A stretch of DNA of 55,239 nt from a virus. Its lineage: Duplodnaviria > Caudoviricetes. The DNA is taken from positions 1-55,239 of IMG/VR virus record IMGVR_UViG_3300045109_000002. One strand, 5' to 3'. How positions within the stretch are numbered: the first letter of the stretch is position 1; every line of letters starts with the position of its first letter. The notes under the pieces were generated by a model. That model searched no databases and was not told where the DNA came from. It worked only from the letters and a program-made list of their open reading frames with translations. The position numbers and the translations under genes were made by a program. Positions 54,151 through 55,239 of the stretch are shown one piece after another.

Positions 54151-55059
54151 TCATTGCGTCGGCTGGACCCAGCCCCAATTCAGCCCGCCAGTTTCGAGCA
54201 TGAAACGGACAGTGCTCTGACCGGCGGGGAGCGCCACGCTGGCCGTGGTCCTTTGCTGCTGATAGACGCCCCATCCTCCAGTGCCGCTCGCAACGAGCGA
54301 AGCGCCGATCTTCGTTCCGAAAGGGAATTCGTAGTGATACAGGGCATTCGCGCCGGAAGCGTTCGCAAAGCAAGTCGTAAGGAAATAATTCCCAGCCGTA
54401 GGGACGCTGACGCTGATATCTACGGTCAGGCCGGGCACGGTCCAGCCCAAAGGGCCGCGCGGGTCAGAAGGCACGCAGGACGCTAAAGTGAAGTGCGGAC
54501 CATTGGGGCCGATGAGTGGATTCGACGTGATGATAGAACTGGTGCCGAATGTTACCGGGCCGTTCGTTCCCGTTCCTGCTGGGCCTGCTGGCCCTTGAGG
54601 ACCTATACTCCCTTGCGGTCCCTGCGGGCCGACGTTGCCCTGAGGTCCTTGCGCCCCTTGAGCGCCAGTGCCGCCTTGCGCTCCCGTAGCTCCTGGTGGA
54701 CCTTGAGGGCCTGGCGCTCCATCTTTGCCTGTTGGCCCCTGCGGACCCGCTGGCCCTGTAGCGCCTGTAACGCCAATCGGTCCTTGTAGACCAGTATCGC
54801 CCTGTGGACCTTGAGGACCTGCGGGAATCTTACCGATGGCCGTCGCTACACTTCCGGTCGGTGAATACAAGTCAGCGTCATGCTTCATTAGCAAGTCCGT
54901 ATAGACCTTCACGTTGGCGTTGACGTTGGTCATCAACTGCGCTGAGTTGCCAAGATCGGTGAGGTTGAAGATTGGCGGCAAAACTGGCGGCACATATGGC
55001 GTCTGAGCGGCAAGCCCGGCAGGGACGAAAAGTACAGCGATGGCAAGCAGTTTCTTCAC
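54151..55059 (-). CDS. Signal-peptide-bearing collagen-like protein with C-terminal CBM6/35-like module
   Basis: GAGGAG RBS and GTG start; [19 protein letters not shown]; long uninterrupted G-X-Y run; VSVPTAGNY...TGGWG...[12 protein letters not shown]...GGLNW. Confidence 0.8.
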   Translation of the reverse strand: MKKLLAIAVLFVPAGLAAQTPYVPPVLPPIFNLTDLGNSAQLMTNVNANVKVYTDLLMKHDADLYSPTGSVATAIGKIPAGPQGPQGDTGLQGPIGVTGATGPAGPQGPTGKDGAPGPQGPPGATGAQGGTGAQGAQGPQGNVGPQGPQGSIGPQGPAGPAGTGTNGPVTFGTSSIITSNPLIGPNGPHFTLASCVPSDPRGPLGWTVPGLTVDISVSVPTAGNYFLTTCFANASGANALYHYEFPFGTKIGASLVASGTGGWGVYQQQRTTASVALPAGQSTVRFMLETGGLNWGWVQPTQ

Positions 55060-55238
55060 TTTCGCTCCTCGCACAGAAACTCAACTTTTGCCCCTATCGG
55101 CGTAAGTATCTGCACATAGTTCTTGTCCACGCTCTCGATTACCGCATGGTCACCGTAGACGAAGCAGCGCGGCGCCCTGGCGTAAGGCGCTGCAAAATAA
55201 TATTGCACTCCTACGATCTGTCCGCTCGAAGCGAAGAC
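55056..55238 (-). CDS. C-terminal fragment of a late gene entering from the window edge
   Basis: Open frame [26 protein letters not shown]...FLCEERK* with GTGA overlap onto the collagen gene. Confidence 0.6.
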   Translation of the reverse strand, partial: VFASSGQIVGVQYYFAAPYARAPRCFVYGDHAVIESVDKNYVQILTPIGAKVEFLCEERK

Positions 55239-55239
55239 G

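Noticed and set aside
54590-54825. DNA-level tandem repeat array
   Set aside because: The periodicity is explained by collagen G-X-Y codons.

Overview
A near-complete, circularly permuted genome of a tailed dsDNA bacteriophage with podovirus-type architecture; both window ends cut through minus-strand genes. The minus strand (1-25.4 kb and 53.1-55.2 kb) carries the late module: TerL, portal, scaffold, major capsid, tail adaptor and nozzle, ejection proteins, two Cys-rich tailspikes, an M15 endolysin and a secreted collagen-CBM protein. The plus strand (25.4-53 kb) carries early and replication genes: a Cas4-like nuclease, a Sak4-like ATPase, an SSB-like protein, an ECF sigma factor, a UDG-PolA fusion with an HNH intein, and tRNA-Arg(UCU). 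A RepA-type helicase lies on the minus strand within this arm. I see no integrase. The most interesting candidates are: (1) an operon with an ARC/Mpa-like proteasomal ATPase lacking the HbYX tail, two Pup/UBact-like Cys-tailed small proteins and a CxxC membrane protein; (2) a ~0.9 kb densely structured non-coding region downstream of a sigma54-type promoter; (3) a CPHC glutaredoxin plus CxxC membrane protein pair between the Cys-rich tailspikes; (4) a textbook -1 frameshift signal; (5) a tandem paralog array; (6) a HiPIP-like protein; (7) structured RNAs flanking the tRNA. All family assignments come from motif recognition by eye, not from database searches.
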